From the IMG/VR virus record IMGVR_UViG_3300043429_000467: a stretch of DNA of 64,000 nucleotides; one strand, given 5' to 3'. This document shows, piece after piece, positions 39,299 through 48,739 of this stretch. The stretch is from a virus. A program made the translations under genes and the position numbers. A model generated the notes under the pieces. It saw nothing but the letters and a program-made list of their open reading frames with translations. It was not told the origin of the DNA and did no database searches. The first letter of the stretch is position 1. Each line of letters starts with the position of its first letter.

Positions 39299-39326
39299 AG
39301 TATACACGAAAGGAACTTAATGTCAA
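39299..39326 (-). promoter_or_regulatory. Sigma70-type early promoter P5
   Basis: tgtcaa at 39321-26 and agtata at 39299-304; upstream of gene 38725-39153. Confidence 0.6.
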
Positions 39327-39334
39327 CAACTATT

Positions 39335-40213
39335 TTATGTCCAAAGAGAATCTCTTACTTTAATTAAACGAATCATCATTTCTTCGTCTTCTTTTGCATA
39401 ATCGTCTTCCATCTTATGCATTTCTTTGAGCATCTTAGATACTTCTTTTTGCTCTTCTTTTGTTTTCTTACCAGAGAATACCCAATTATCAGGTTCGGCT
39501 TCACGTTTACGTTCACAGTACGCAGTCCATCCACATACATCATAAACATCAGGTCGTTTCTTGTAGACTTCTTTCCACCAACGATATAGTGCTAAGATTT
39601 CTTTAGCATTAATCGCTTGTGCTGTCGATTCACCATAATGTTTTTGTCCTGGTTCGATACCCATATGTTCATCGTATTTTAAACTTGATGCCCATTCAAG
39701 GTGCGCTACACCAGCTTCAGCATTTCTCCATTGCATGAACCAACGAGTATACCATTGTTTTCTCCACCAAGGAAGATTGTATTGTTCTCTAGACTCATCA
39801 GAAAAACATACATGCATCCATGCAGATTCGATTTCTACGAAGTCAACTAATTCATTAAACATGCAAGGTAAGAATCGACTACCAACATCACACCATTGTC
39901 CTGGTTTAATATCATCTTTATGTGCAGTCAAACTATTTGAACGAATCATATATCGATTGTTTAGATAATAACGAATATCATTTATACGCTCAGGAATGTA
40001 TTTAACGATATCTTCTGTTTTACCTAATACGTTCTCGGCAAGCCAATATCTGATTTTACTCTTCTTAGCTTGCTTTGTCCATTCATTCCATTCTTCAGAC
40101 GATTTAGCACCGCCTGTTGGAGTACCTCTAATCCAATCTGCAACTTTACCACAAGTCCAATAATTTCTCATGTTTTTCCTATAATGCCATCCAAATAAGA
40201 AGTATTGCGCCAA
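39335..40213 (-). CDS. Trp-rich hypothetical protein (292 aa)
   Basis: Intact ORF; no recognisable motif. Confidence 0.35.
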   Translation of the reverse strand: MAQYFLFGWHYRKNMRNYWTCGKVADWIRGTPTGGAKSSEEWNEWTKQAKKSKIRYWLAENVLGKTEDIVKYIPERINDIRYYLNNRYMIRSNSLTAHKDDIKPGQWCDVGSRFLPCMFNELVDFVEIESAWMHVCFSDESREQYNLPWWRKQWYTRWFMQWRNAEAGVAHLEWASSLKYDEHMGIEPGQKHYGESTAQAINAKEILALYRWWKEVYKKRPDVYDVCGWTAYCERKREAEPDNWVFSGKKTKEEQKEVSKMLKEMHKMEDDYAKEDEEMMIRLIKVRDSLWT

Positions 40214-40320
40214 AAATTTGAACGATTTGTAATTCTAGTAAAATCATGTTTATCTCCTTTGTTGTATTTAACAAAGGTCACATGATTGAAACAAATATTT
40301 AATATTACTGTAACATTAAT

Positions 40321-41070
40321 CTATTCGTTGATATCTTCATACTTCATCTTAGCTAGAATATAATCTTTAACTAAACTTGAACGAACGATGTCATCGGCTG
40401 TAAATTCAATTCTAGTGAATGCACCCATATGTTGAGCGATATCAAAGAATTTAAGAATACCACTCATGTCATTCTTTTTCTTATTCAAATCAGTTTGTCT
40501 GTAGTCACCACACCAAATAATCTTTGAACGATAACCAACACGAGTCATTACAGTGTCAATCTCTTCAAAGGTTAAGTTTTGCATTTCATCCACAATAATG
40601 ATTGCATCATCAAAAGACATACCACGAATAAATGATGTACTGATAAACTGTACATGATGTTGTTCTTCTAATCTAGACCATGCATCTTTACGACCAAATA
40701 ATGTTTCGCATATTTGAACATATGGTTGTTGATAGATTTCCATCTTTTCATTTACATCACCAGGTAAGTGTCCGATTTCACGAGATTGAACTGCCGAACG
40801 AACAACAATAATCTTATCGAAAGGATTACCTTTATCAAGTACTTCTTCTAATGCTTTGTACATAGCACAGAATGTTTTACCTGTACCTGCTACACCATGA
40901 AGTGCAATAAAGTAGTCACCAATCTTGTATGCATCAAAGAATTTCTTTTGATTATCTGTTAGTGGTTGAAATGTTTTCAAGTCGTCTATTCTAATTCTTA
41001 ATGAATTATTAACAACTTTAAGTGGTACTTTTTCATCCATTTGGATTTGTGTATTAGCTTTTCTAGCCAT
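40321..41070 (-). CDS. phoH: PhoH-like ATPase
   Basis: Walker A GVAGTGKT, Walker B-like IIVDEMQN; ~250 aa, as in PhoH proteins common in myophages. Confidence 0.75.
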   Translation of the reverse strand: MARKANTQIQMDEKVPLKVVNNSLRIRIDDLKTFQPLTDNQKKFFDAYKIGDYFIALHGVAGTGKTFCAMYKALEEVLDKGNPFDKIIVVRSAVQSREIGHLPGDVNEKMEIYQQPYVQICETLFGRKDAWSRLEEQHHVQFISTSFIRGMSFDDAIIIVDEMQNLTFEEIDTVMTRVGYRSKIIWCGDYRQTDLNKKKNDMSGILKFFDIAQHMGAFTRIEFTADDIVRSSLVKDYILAKMKYEDINE

Positions 41071-41728
41071 TTAAGAGTTCCATGAGAGGGTTAATGTAAT
41101 TATTTTTATATCTCACAAAGATTTGCGGCTTCTTAGATTCTTCAACCGCAATCGCAATAACAATCTTGTCAATTGGTTCACCGACCAATTCTTCATACAT
41201 CAAGGCATATGCTGTACCTTGCATGAAGTAATTCTGAATATTCTCTTCTAACTTTTGTTTTGTTGATGTCTTATAATCGATAACAGCAATCTCATCATCC
41301 CAATCTGCAATCAAGTCAGTACGACCTGCTACTTTTAGTTTGTCTGAATATAATGCTTGCTCAATAGAATATACTGTTCCTACATGTGCATCGATTTCTG
41401 GTCTTAATTGATTGAATAACTCTTTGATGTTTGGCATCATCATTTTAATTTTCATATCGCTTAGTTTGTTTGCGATATAATCTTCAAAGGCCAAATGAAC
41501 GGCTGAACCTCTACGAGAGGCTCGACCCGCAACTTTATTAGCTTCTTCTTCACCAACAGCATTACGCCATTCTTGAAGAGAATCTTTGTTGTATTTTGAT
41601 AAAGCAGTAGTAATAGATTTATACACATTACCGTTTGGTGTTGTGTATGTTCTACCGCTTTCAGTTGTTACCGCTTCTAATTCAAAATCAAGTTGCGGTA
41701 TCTTTACATGATTAAATGTTCTTACCAT
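41063..41728 (-). CDS. PD-(D/E)xK-type nuclease-like protein
   Basis: TDLIADWDDEIAVIDYKTS fits a D...(D/E)xK catalytic arrangement. Overlaps the phoH start. Confidence 0.4.
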   Translation of the reverse strand: MVRTFNHVKIPQLDFELEAVTTESGRTYTTPNGNVYKSITTALSKYNKDSLQEWRNAVGEEEANKVAGRASRRGSAVHLAFEDYIANKLSDMKIKMMMPNIKELFNQLRPEIDAHVGTVYSIEQALYSDKLKVAGRTDLIADWDDEIAVIDYKTSTKQKLEENIQNYFMQGTAYALMYEELVGEPIDKIVIAIAVEESKKPQIFVRYKNNYINPLMELLNG

Positions 41729-41970
41729 TCTCTAGGGGTACTATACTTTCTAGAAGGTGACGCACCAGGATTTCTACGTTGAATACTATCAACCACATAT
41801 TTCTGAAAGTCTGAAGGTGGTTTCTGACCGGGGTCAACAATAGGTGCAACAGTATCATGATGTCTAATAATATTAGTATTATCTTTCATGTATTGTTCAT
41901 ACTCGGCAATTTTCATTACCTTTTCAAAGATTTCATTTGTATCTGTATTTTTAAGTACGTATGTTGGCAT
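41722..41970 (-). CDS. Small hypothetical protein (82 aa)
   Basis: Intact ORF. Confidence 0.25.
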   Translation of the reverse strand: MPTYVLKNTDTNEIFEKVMKIAEYEQYMKDNTNIIRHHDTVAPIVDPGQKPPSDFQKYVVDSIQRRNPGASPSRKYSTPREW

Positions 41971-41982
41971 AATGTTCCTTTA

Positions 41983-42549
41983 TCATATATTTTTATTTAT
42001 AAAGAAAGGAACATCACGTTTCTTCCATGAAAACATTCTAGTCTTTTCACCGTTGTAATAATTGTGATAAGACTGTACAGAATCACCAGACACTTTGTAC
42101 TGGTCAGGCATTGCAGGTGTAGGTTCAGTGAATTCATCGATTGAGATGTTATCTGGACAATTACCTAATACTGATAATAATCCAGACGATTCACACTTAT
42201 GAACTTTACCGTAACGATATGTGTATTCTTTACACAATTCAATCATTAGTCTATACAACCACTGATAATTAAATAAACTTTTTCGACACCATATCGCAGA
42301 AGGATGATTGATGTGTGTTGCTGAGTATAATGTTTTATCTTGTAATGCGTTAGATAAAACTAATACTTTTTTCTTCTTAACTTGACCTGTAGTTTTATTA
42401 GTGAAATCTACAAGATGCTCAGTGCCGTCAAGAACACGATGAGCAGTAGACAATAGTTGAGCAGTCTCAAGAATCATTTTGACACAGTGCTTGTCTACAT
42501 GATACTGAGCGGCTAATTTGGGGTCATTATCTAAGTAAAATATATTCAT
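41983..42549 (-). CDS. Conserved hypothetical protein (188 aa)
   Basis: N-terminus MNIFYLDNDPKLAAQYHVDKHCVKMILETAQLLSTAH; possible weak relation to pyrimidine-dimer glycosylase-like proteins, not resolved. Confidence 0.3.
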   Translation of the reverse strand: MNIFYLDNDPKLAAQYHVDKHCVKMILETAQLLSTAHRVLDGTEHLVDFTNKTTGQVKKKKVLVLSNALQDKTLYSATHINHPSAIWCRKSLFNYQWLYRLMIELCKEYTYRYGKVHKCESSGLLSVLGNCPDNISIDEFTEPTPAMPDQYKVSGDSVQSYHNYYNGEKTRMFSWKKRDVPFFINKNI

Positions 42550-42740
42550 CTTTTATTTAACAATCTACATTGCTGTTTAACTTGTTGAGGAAAGTCAGGA
42601 CTAATCTCAGCTAGTCTACAGTCATATTGAATAGAAATCAAGTGATTATTATTCTTTGTATCTAAAAGTCCATATATGCATATGATGCTTATTAGTAACA
42701 TAATAATAAAGAATATAAGGTCTGGTACATTCATTCGCAT
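42546..42740 (-). CDS. Small membrane protein (64 aa)
   Basis: Single TM helix. Confidence 0.25.
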   Translation of the reverse strand: MRMNVPDLIFFIIMLLISIICIYGLLDTKNNNHLISIQYDCRLAEISPDFPQQVKQQCRLLNKR

Positions 42741-42872
42741 ATTATTCCCAACCGAATAGGTTAGCTAATAACTCACCGACAAGTAGAAGACCTACGAAAA
42801 GAATCAAACCGGCAACAGCATAAATGGCGTTCAACATCATGATTAATACCTCATAGTTAATTAGTACACTAT

Positions 42873-42900
42873 TAGTATACATGAATTAATTAATATGTCA
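42873..42900 (-). promoter_or_regulatory. Sigma70-type early promoter P6
   Basis: tgtcaa at 42895-900 and agtata at 42873-78; upstream of the 42546-42740 small gene. Confidence 0.55.
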
Positions 42901-43275
42901 ATAGTTTCTTATGATATCTATTAAATTCATTAATTCTTGCTCAGACATAACAATAACTTTAGCTTTAACTCTAGTTAAGGGTAATGGTTCATTAATTTTT
43001 ATCTGAGTATATGTTGCTTTTTGTTTGATAGCTAAAGCGATTCTATTAGCTAAATCAGATTTAACATGCTCCTTAAAGCCTTCTTCATTAATTTGAACAG
43101 CATGATTAAGGTCAGCAATTTCTACATGTGCCTGAAACAAACAACCAGAATCTTCAATAATTCTCTTCTTTTGAAATTCAGATAAGTTTCTAGATGTAGA
43201 AGAGACTACAGCATATGAATCCATGTAGTCTTGATATTTTCCTGCTGTAGGAGGGTTCATTATAGAAGAAATCAT
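42898..43275 (-). CDS. Hypothetical protein (125 aa)
   Basis: Intact ORF whose start coincides with the -35 box of repeat-promoter P6 (42873-42900), which is immediately upstream. Confidence 0.3.
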   Translation of the reverse strand: MISSIMNPPTAGKYQDYMDSYAVVSSTSRNLSEFQKKRIIEDSGCLFQAHVEIADLNHAVQINEEGFKEHVKSDLANRIALAIKQKATYTQIKINEPLPLTRVKAKVIVMSEQELMNLIDIIRNY

Positions 43276-43538
43276 TTTATTCCTAATAGATTCTTAACAA
43301 TTTTCTCTTGAATCATGAATGGAATACTTACATAAGGATATTCGATAGCAAAAGGACATCCTTCTGCACCCCAACCACCCTTTACTAGAAACTTTTTATA
43401 TATTGCTAAGTCTTTTTTGTCAGCAACATTAAAGTTACGTTTTGACTTTTGTTTAAGAATAAATGTATGTGTCATAATATAATACTCCTCAATATTTAAT
43501 AAAAGAAATACTCTGGTGTGAAGATTCATTCGTAACAA
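43272..43538 (-). CDS. Hypothetical protein (88 aa)
   Basis: Preceded by sigma70-like promoter P8. Confidence 0.3.
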   Translation of the reverse strand: MLRMNLHTRVFLLLNIEEYYIMTHTFILKQKSKRNFNVADKKDLAIYKKFLVKGGWGAEGCPFAIEYPYVSIPFMIQEKIVKNLLGIK

Positions 43539-43658
43539 CGCAGTATTACATGGGGTATACTACGGATTCTCTGAATGTTAACTACTAAGTAGCATCTTCA
43601 CTCTTTCCCGCATCCAGACACACGAGTAGAAAGGAGAGAATCAACGAAATCAATCTAA

Positions 43659-43685
43659 TATTATAATCTTTTATTTTGTTTGTCA
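43659..43685 (-). promoter_or_regulatory. Sigma70-type promoter P8
   Basis: tgtcaa at 43680-85 with tattataat at 43657-43665; upstream of gene 43272-43538. Confidence 0.4.
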
Positions 43686-43691
43686 ACCACT

Positions 43692-44450
43692 TTATACAAT
43701 AACTATAGATACGCCATCACTGTTTGAGATAACTTCTTGTTTTTTATGCCAAGGAAAGTCGTCATTATAAACATTCTTCATGATTTTATTACCTTTTTCG
43801 AAGAAAGATTTCTGAACAGAACCCTCATTACCACCTAATCTATAGTTAACAGTATGTTGATTTGTACAAGTAAAGTTTGGAAAGTATTGTTTGATAGCAC
43901 CGAAGAATTTTCTATCGGCACCCCATTGACCATACCAAGCATGTCCTATTTGAATTGCTACATCTTTTCTTACAGCAAAACATGAAGTGTCTATATGATA
44001 AACATTCTCATCAAAGAACGTAGGCCATTTACCAAGTGATTCACAGTTATCTAAACAAACGAATTCACCATCTTCATCATATATGTTTCTAAGAGAAAAC
44101 ACCCATTGATTTGTAGAATTCTCTAGCGTGTCAACAATAGTTTGAACATGTGTTGGTTCAATCCAGTTATCTTCGTCAAGATATACAATCACATCAGCAT
44201 TTACTAAGAACGAACAAGCGGCATATACTCGATGACCATACCAACCTTTACCAACATTCTCTTCTAGAGCAATTAGTTTTGTTTTTGTATATTCATCTTT
44301 ATCAGTAACTTCTTGAATGCTATCAAAGTATTGCATACCATCAGCAAAGATATAATGAACAATATCAGTATATGTTTGATTGTTTACGCTCGCAACACAT
44401 TTTTCTAGATGTTTGCTACCAATAGAAGGAGTGACTACCGCTACTTTCAT
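43692..44450 (-). CDS. Family 2 glycosyltransferase (GT-A fold)
   Basis: VVTPSIGSKHLEKCVASVNNQTY...YLDEDNW (DxD motif). Confidence 0.6.
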   Translation of the reverse strand: MKVAVVTPSIGSKHLEKCVASVNNQTYTDIVHYIFADGMQYFDSIQEVTDKDEYTKTKLIALEENVGKGWYGHRVYAACSFLVNADVIVYLDEDNWIEPTHVQTIVDTLENSTNQWVFSLRNIYDEDGEFVCLDNCESLGKWPTFFDENVYHIDTSCFAVRKDVAIQIGHAWYGQWGADRKFFGAIKQYFPNFTCTNQHTVNYRLGGNEGSVQKSFFEKGNKIMKNVYNDDFPWHKKQEVISNSDGVSIVIV

Positions 44451-45211
44451 TCTTTTCTCTCAATATCACTTTCAACGCATTCTTCACCGTATTGAATTTC
44501 AATAATTCTACATGGTTCATCAAAAGGATTAATTAGTTGATGCCATTGTTCTTTTGCTACAAAATGAGAATCGTGTTTATCTAATCTCACTGTTGGTAAC
44601 TTATATTCACCACTAAGTTGCCCTGATACTAATGATTCACCTTCACTGACTAACCAATACTCTGAACGTTTATTATGCTTTTGCATCGATAATTTCTGAC
44701 CAGGATTAATAGTCAACTCTTTAACTTTAACGCCAGGTGCTTCATGAAGTACTCGATAGTAACCCCATGGCCTGATAGTTTTTGGTGCTTTCCATTCTTC
44801 AAGAATCCATGATGATGAATTCATCTTGTTATCACCACCGATACCAAACTTGAATATTAGATTATCATCTTTAACATCCATTTCAGGAATATTAGCTGAA
44901 GTTCTATCGCCACCATTTGCAAAGATGATTTGATTTGTTGGAAATAGTTTTCTGACTTGTGTAATAGCATCTTTTGCTGAACCATCAGAATCATCAAACT
45001 CAACAACACCCATGACATTTTTTAAACTAGAGACAATCTTTTTTCGCTCAGTATAAGGCATAAAAAAAGCACCCTTCTTGCGAATAAGCCATGCATCGGA
45101 GTTTACTCCAACCATAACTCTTCCCAATTCGGATGCTTCTTTAATATATTCAAGATGTCCGGAATGGATTGGGTCAAATCCACCCGTTACAATAACAATT
45201 GAATCACTCAT
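44447..45211 (-). CDS. Bifunctional sugar-nucleotide protein: N-terminal cytidylyltransferase-like nucleotidyltransferase plus C-terminal cupin
   Basis: IVTGGFDPIHSGHLEYI (HxGH motif of the CTP/ADP-heptose transferase superfamily). C-terminal PWGYYRVL...PGQKLSMQKHNKRSEYWLV is a cupin signature, as in type II mannose-6-phosphate isomerase. Overlaps the GT2 gene start. Confidence 0.55.
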   Translation of the reverse strand: MSDSIVIVTGGFDPIHSGHLEYIKEASELGRVMVGVNSDAWLIRKKGAFFMPYTERKKIVSSLKNVMGVVEFDDSDGSAKDAITQVRKLFPTNQIIFANGGDRTSANIPEMDVKDDNLIFKFGIGGDNKMNSSSWILEEWKAPKTIRPWGYYRVLHEAPGVKVKELTINPGQKLSMQKHNKRSEYWLVSEGESLVSGQLSGEYKLPTVRLDKHDSHFVAKEQWHQLINPFDEPCRIIEIQYGEECVESDIERKE

Positions 45212-45213
45212 TA

Positions 45214-45663
45214 TTAATCTTCCAAGTCACCGATATAAATCTCTGGAAATGCCTCGTGTACTAATTTAGGTGTTAAACCTTTAACTTTAATCTTCTTAGT
45301 CAGCAATTCAACTAATAGTTTAGCTTCATCTTTATGTAAAGACTCAAGTACTACTAATAACAATTCTGATTTCTTTTTGTCTGATAGATTTTCAGGACGT
45401 TTAGGATGACCTACAACGAATCGATATAATCTTTGCATCTCAGCATCTAGATATGTCATCGATAAACCAGGTGGGTCAAACGAAGGACGATAATCAGGAA
45501 TAATAACGTCGAATTGAATATTTGGATTAAATGCTCCACTTAAAAATTCAACGAATGGTTTGTTTGCGACTTTTTGTAAGTACGCAATTTTCTCCGCACG
45601 TGACGGAAGTGATTCAAACTTATCAAAAATTTCACTATATAATAACTCAGAACTCATTTGCAA
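45214..45663 (-). CDS. Hypothetical protein (149 aa)
   Basis: Overlaps the rnh stop; no recognisable motif. Confidence 0.3.
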   Translation of the reverse strand: MQMSSELLYSEIFDKFESLPSRAEKIAYLQKVANKPFVEFLSGAFNPNIQFDVIIPDYRPSFDPPGLSMTYLDAEMQRLYRFVVGHPKRPENLSDKKKSELLLVVLESLHKDEAKLLVELLTKKIKVKGLTPKLVHEAFPEIYIGDLED

Positions 45664-46495
45664 CCTCTATTAAGTTTTTAAGACGATTTGCAACTAAGTA
45701 ATTTATAAATTGCATTTTAGTCTTTGGTTTAGTATTCTCATAACTATGTATAACACTTGTTCGAATATCTTCAGGTATTTTACTTAAATCAATCAAACTT
45801 TCATTACGTCTGTAGTTTTTAAGTATCTCTTCATTCTCACAAAACACTTCAGGACTCTGATTCAACCAGACAGCAAGCTTTTCTTCGTAAATGGATTTCT
45901 GTCTAACTCCGTTTACATATGAATCATCGGCTGATAATATGTTTGGAATACCATCACCTTTATCACCACGAATAATTAATTCTTTAAGATGATTAAGTGG
46001 ATTACTATCTTTAATTTCTTTTTTCAGAATAGGTGAATATTGCTCAACATTCTTCATCGCTTGAAGTTGAACAAAGTCTTTATCCGAAGAAAGAATCATA
46101 ATCTTTTCATAGGGTGATTGTCTCACACATAAAGTAGCAATAATATCATCAGCTTCTACAGTATCAATTTCTAATACTTTATAATGAGAATACTTGATAA
46201 GTTCTTCTTTGATTACTTCTAAACACTTGAAAATTTCTTCCCAATTCAATCCAGAAGCCTGTCTAGTTTTCTTACGTGAAGCTTTGTAGTGTGGAAATAA
46301 AGTTTTGCGCCAATACTTTCTATTGTCACATGCAATAATAACCTCTGGTCCGTGAGTAGCTTTATACTTCTTAACATATGTTCTAAGTGTATTAAGTACT
46401 AAATGACGAGCCAAATCAATACTGATATCTTTATCACTTTCAGCTAACTCTTTTAAACTAGAGATAACTACTTGATTGAAATCAAATATAATCAT
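45647..46495 (-). CDS. rnh: RNase H / 5'-3' flap exonuclease, T4 rnh homolog
   Basis: IDTVEADDIIATL, ILSSDKDFVQLQ and IIRGDKGDGIPNI match T4 RNase H (IDKYEADDHIAVL, IISSDGDFTQL, ILKGDKKDNV). Confidence 0.85.
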   Translation of the reverse strand: MIIFDFNQVVISSLKELAESDKDISIDLARHLVLNTLRTYVKKYKATHGPEVIIACDNRKYWRKTLFPHYKASRKKTRQASGLNWEEIFKCLEVIKEELIKYSHYKVLEIDTVEADDIIATLCVRQSPYEKIMILSSDKDFVQLQAMKNVEQYSPILKKEIKDSNPLNHLKELIIRGDKGDGIPNILSADDSYVNGVRQKSIYEEKLAVWLNQSPEVFCENEEILKNYRRNESLIDLSKIPEDIRTSVIHSYENTKPKTKMQFINYLVANRLKNLIEVANEF

Positions 46496-46746
46496 TATTC
46501 TTCCAATACAGCTACAATAAATTCTTCTTTAACGAACCAGTATTTACCTGCTCGTGCTGATTTTGACCAATCAACAATCAATCTATCACCGACAGATACA
46601 TGTTCTACATCAGGTCCAATAGAGATAACTCGACCTTCAGTCTGAGCATCTTTATCCACTGAAGTCAACACGATACCGCTTGATGTTGTTGACTCTTTAG
46701 CAATTTGTTCTACTAATACGTTATTCTTTAATGGTCTAATATTCAT
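46495..46746 (-). CDS. groES: Co-chaperonin GroES (Cpn10) homolog
   Basis: 83 aa beginning MNIRPL, identical to E. coli GroES; conserved GIVL and mobile-loop region. This is a true GroES family member, not a gp31-type analog. Confidence 0.8.
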   Translation of the reverse strand: MNIRPLKNNVLVEQIAKESTTSSGIVLTSVDKDAQTEGRVISIGPDVEHVSVGDRLIVDWSKSARAGKYWFVKEEFIVAVLEE

Positions 46747-46756
46747 TATTTCATCC

Positions 46757-47845
46757 TCATAAAATTCTCAACAGTATCGTATCAGTATTAATACGACCGG
46801 TCAATGTTGCTTCTTTAGTTGTTAAATCGGTAAGTACGTTTCTAAGATAAACTTTGCCTTCTTTGATGACTTTTGGAACAACTTCATCAGGCTTTCTTAG
46901 AGTCTTAGTAATAGATTTTGCTTCTGAAAAGTTTAGTATCGTACTTCCTTTTACTGATAATCCACTTGCATCTTCGGCAACATATACACCTAACTTTTTA
47001 GTTTTAGTGTTATATACCCATAACTGCTGAGAACCAATAATTTTCTTAGGGTCTTCAGACTTCAATCCTGCAGGAGGATATTCTTTTTGATAAAACATTT
47101 TAGCCACTAATTGCTCAGGTGACTTTTGTTTTCTCTTTCTTGGCTTCCTAGACTTAGTAGCAGTCTCTAAGAATTTCATAATATCAACAATAATGTTGTC
47201 GCAAAATGAGACTACTTTCTTTAATTGTGATTTAGTATAACATGACCAAGCTTCAATCAATTGTTCATCTTCAGTGTTTAATGCTTCATCAAACTGTGCT
47301 CTACGTTTCTTGAATGTTTCTAGCAATCTATTTGCATGAATACCTTTGACCTTATCTTGCATAATTGCATAAGGTGAAGGTGTTATCTTGAAGTCGCTGG
47401 AGATATATGTATCAATTGCACCTTCTAGTTCACCTGCAATTTCTGATACTTTTTCATTAATTCTATCTTGAATAGACACCACATTAGTAGGCTCATCAAT
47501 TTGAATTTGTTTTCTTTCAGGTACATAAGACTTTAGAACATTAAGTCTCTCATCAAACCATACTTGATTCTTTGCGTTTAGAATTAAACCTCTGTCTAAC
47601 ATTCGACATATGAAACCAAACGTGGTTGATTGATTGTTGATTGCTTCGGCTGAAGCTTTAATATGATGCTTCTTAGCATAGTCGACGATTGCTTTATAAG
47701 CAAACTTACTATCTCTATTCTGAGTATACCATGTTAATGCTTGTGCTAATTCAATTTTTGAAACTTCAGTTAATTGTGTGAATCTAGGTTCACCGCCATT
47801 CGACTTTATCTCGAGTTCTTCAAGCGTCTGACGTTTTGTTGCCAT
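46757..47845 (-). CDS. Hypothetical protein (362 aa), basic C-terminal half
   Basis: Intact ORF; no recognisable motif. Confidence 0.35.
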   Translation of the reverse strand: MATKRQTLEELEIKSNGGEPRFTQLTEVSKIELAQALTWYTQNRDSKFAYKAIVDYAKKHHIKASAEAINNQSTTFGFICRMLDRGLILNAKNQVWFDERLNVLKSYVPERKQIQIDEPTNVVSIQDRINEKVSEIAGELEGAIDTYISSDFKITPSPYAIMQDKVKGIHANRLLETFKKRRAQFDEALNTEDEQLIEAWSCYTKSQLKKVVSFCDNIIVDIMKFLETATKSRKPRKRKQKSPEQLVAKMFYQKEYPPAGLKSEDPKKIIGSQQLWVYNTKTKKLGVYVAEDASGLSVKGSTILNFSEAKSITKTLRKPDEVVPKVIKEGKVYLRNVLTDLTTKEATLTGRINTDTILLRIL

Positions 47846-48119
47846 TTAATAATTCCTCAAAAGAGTATCTTGCATAATTTAGTAGCATGATACCGTTATC
47901 TGTTTCACCGTGTAATTTACTTATATGGACAGCTTCTGCCATTGCAGGCTCTTCATGCTTGAATATAAAACAATCTCCAAACATTTGCAAGAGTATTTCT
48001 CTATTCATCTCGAAGTTATTTGTTAAATCATCATATCGACCAAACAAGTTGGTATATTGATTTGAGTAAGCAACTCGAAGTCCATCTTTAGTTATTAGTA
48101 TATATATTCCTGTTTCCAT
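47820..48119 (-). CDS. Small GIY-YIG-like domain protein (99 aa)
   Basis: GIYILITKDGLRVAYSNQ...FGRY...E...N fits the GIY-x10-Y(I/V)G...R...E...N spacing. Confidence 0.35.
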   Translation of the reverse strand: METGIYILITKDGLRVAYSNQYTNLFGRYDDLTNNFEMNREILLQMFGDCFIFKHEEPAMAEAVHISKLHGETDNGIMLLNYARYSFEELLNGNKTSDA

Positions 48120-48201
48120 TTGATTTTTCTTAATTTATTCGTATTCGAGAAAATATTAACATAAATAAGTATATTAGTCAACTATAGATTGAGATATTAA
48201 T

Positions 48202-48480
48202 ATGGAACAATTCTTTAAATTAGTCGCAGACGTTGGATTTCCTATAGCGGCCGCATGTGGTGCTGGATACTTTGTATTCTTAACACTTAAGTTTATTCTT
48301 GAAGGTGTTACAGGTGGTGTTAAAAGTATGGCAGGAATTATTATTGCACTTGATAAACGAGTAGCAACTATGAACCACGACGTACTACGTATCGATACTA
48401 AAGTAAGTCATGCATTAGGTATTCCACCTGATTTAGATAGAATATCACGAGCAGAACAATCTGACGCTAGACGAGACTAA
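48202..48480 (+). CDS. Small membrane protein, paralog A (92 aa)
   Basis: N-terminal TM helix FPIAAACGAGYFVFL, shared with the adjacent paralog. Confidence 0.4.
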   Translation: MEQFFKLVADVGFPIAAACGAGYFVFLTLKFILEGVTGGVKSMAGIIIALDKRVATMNHDVLRIDTKVSHALGIPPDLDRISRAEQSDARRD

Positions 48481-48481
48481 T

Positions 48482-48739
48482 ATGGATATAGTAGAATTAA
48501 TTAATAAATACGGGTTCCCAATTGTTGCCGCTGGTGGTCTAGGTTACTTTGTTTACTACGTTTGGAAATGGGTAACTGAAGAAATTGAACCAGTTATTGG
48601 AGATTCTAAAAAAGTTTTGGTTGATTTGATTGACCGTATCAGAATGCTTGATAATGATTTAATCAGATTAACACAGAAAGTTAATACATTCTTAGCCATT
48701 GAAGATGCTAAGAAAAGGGATAGGAATAATAAGCAATAG
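48482..48739 (+). CDS. Small membrane protein, paralog B (85 aa)
   Basis: FPIVAAGGLGYFVYYVW TM helix, paralogous to 48202-48480. Confidence 0.4.
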   Translation: MDIVELINKYGFPIVAAGGLGYFVYYVWKWVTEEIEPVIGDSKKVLVDLIDRIRMLDNDLIRLTQKVNTFLAIEDAKKRDRNNKQ

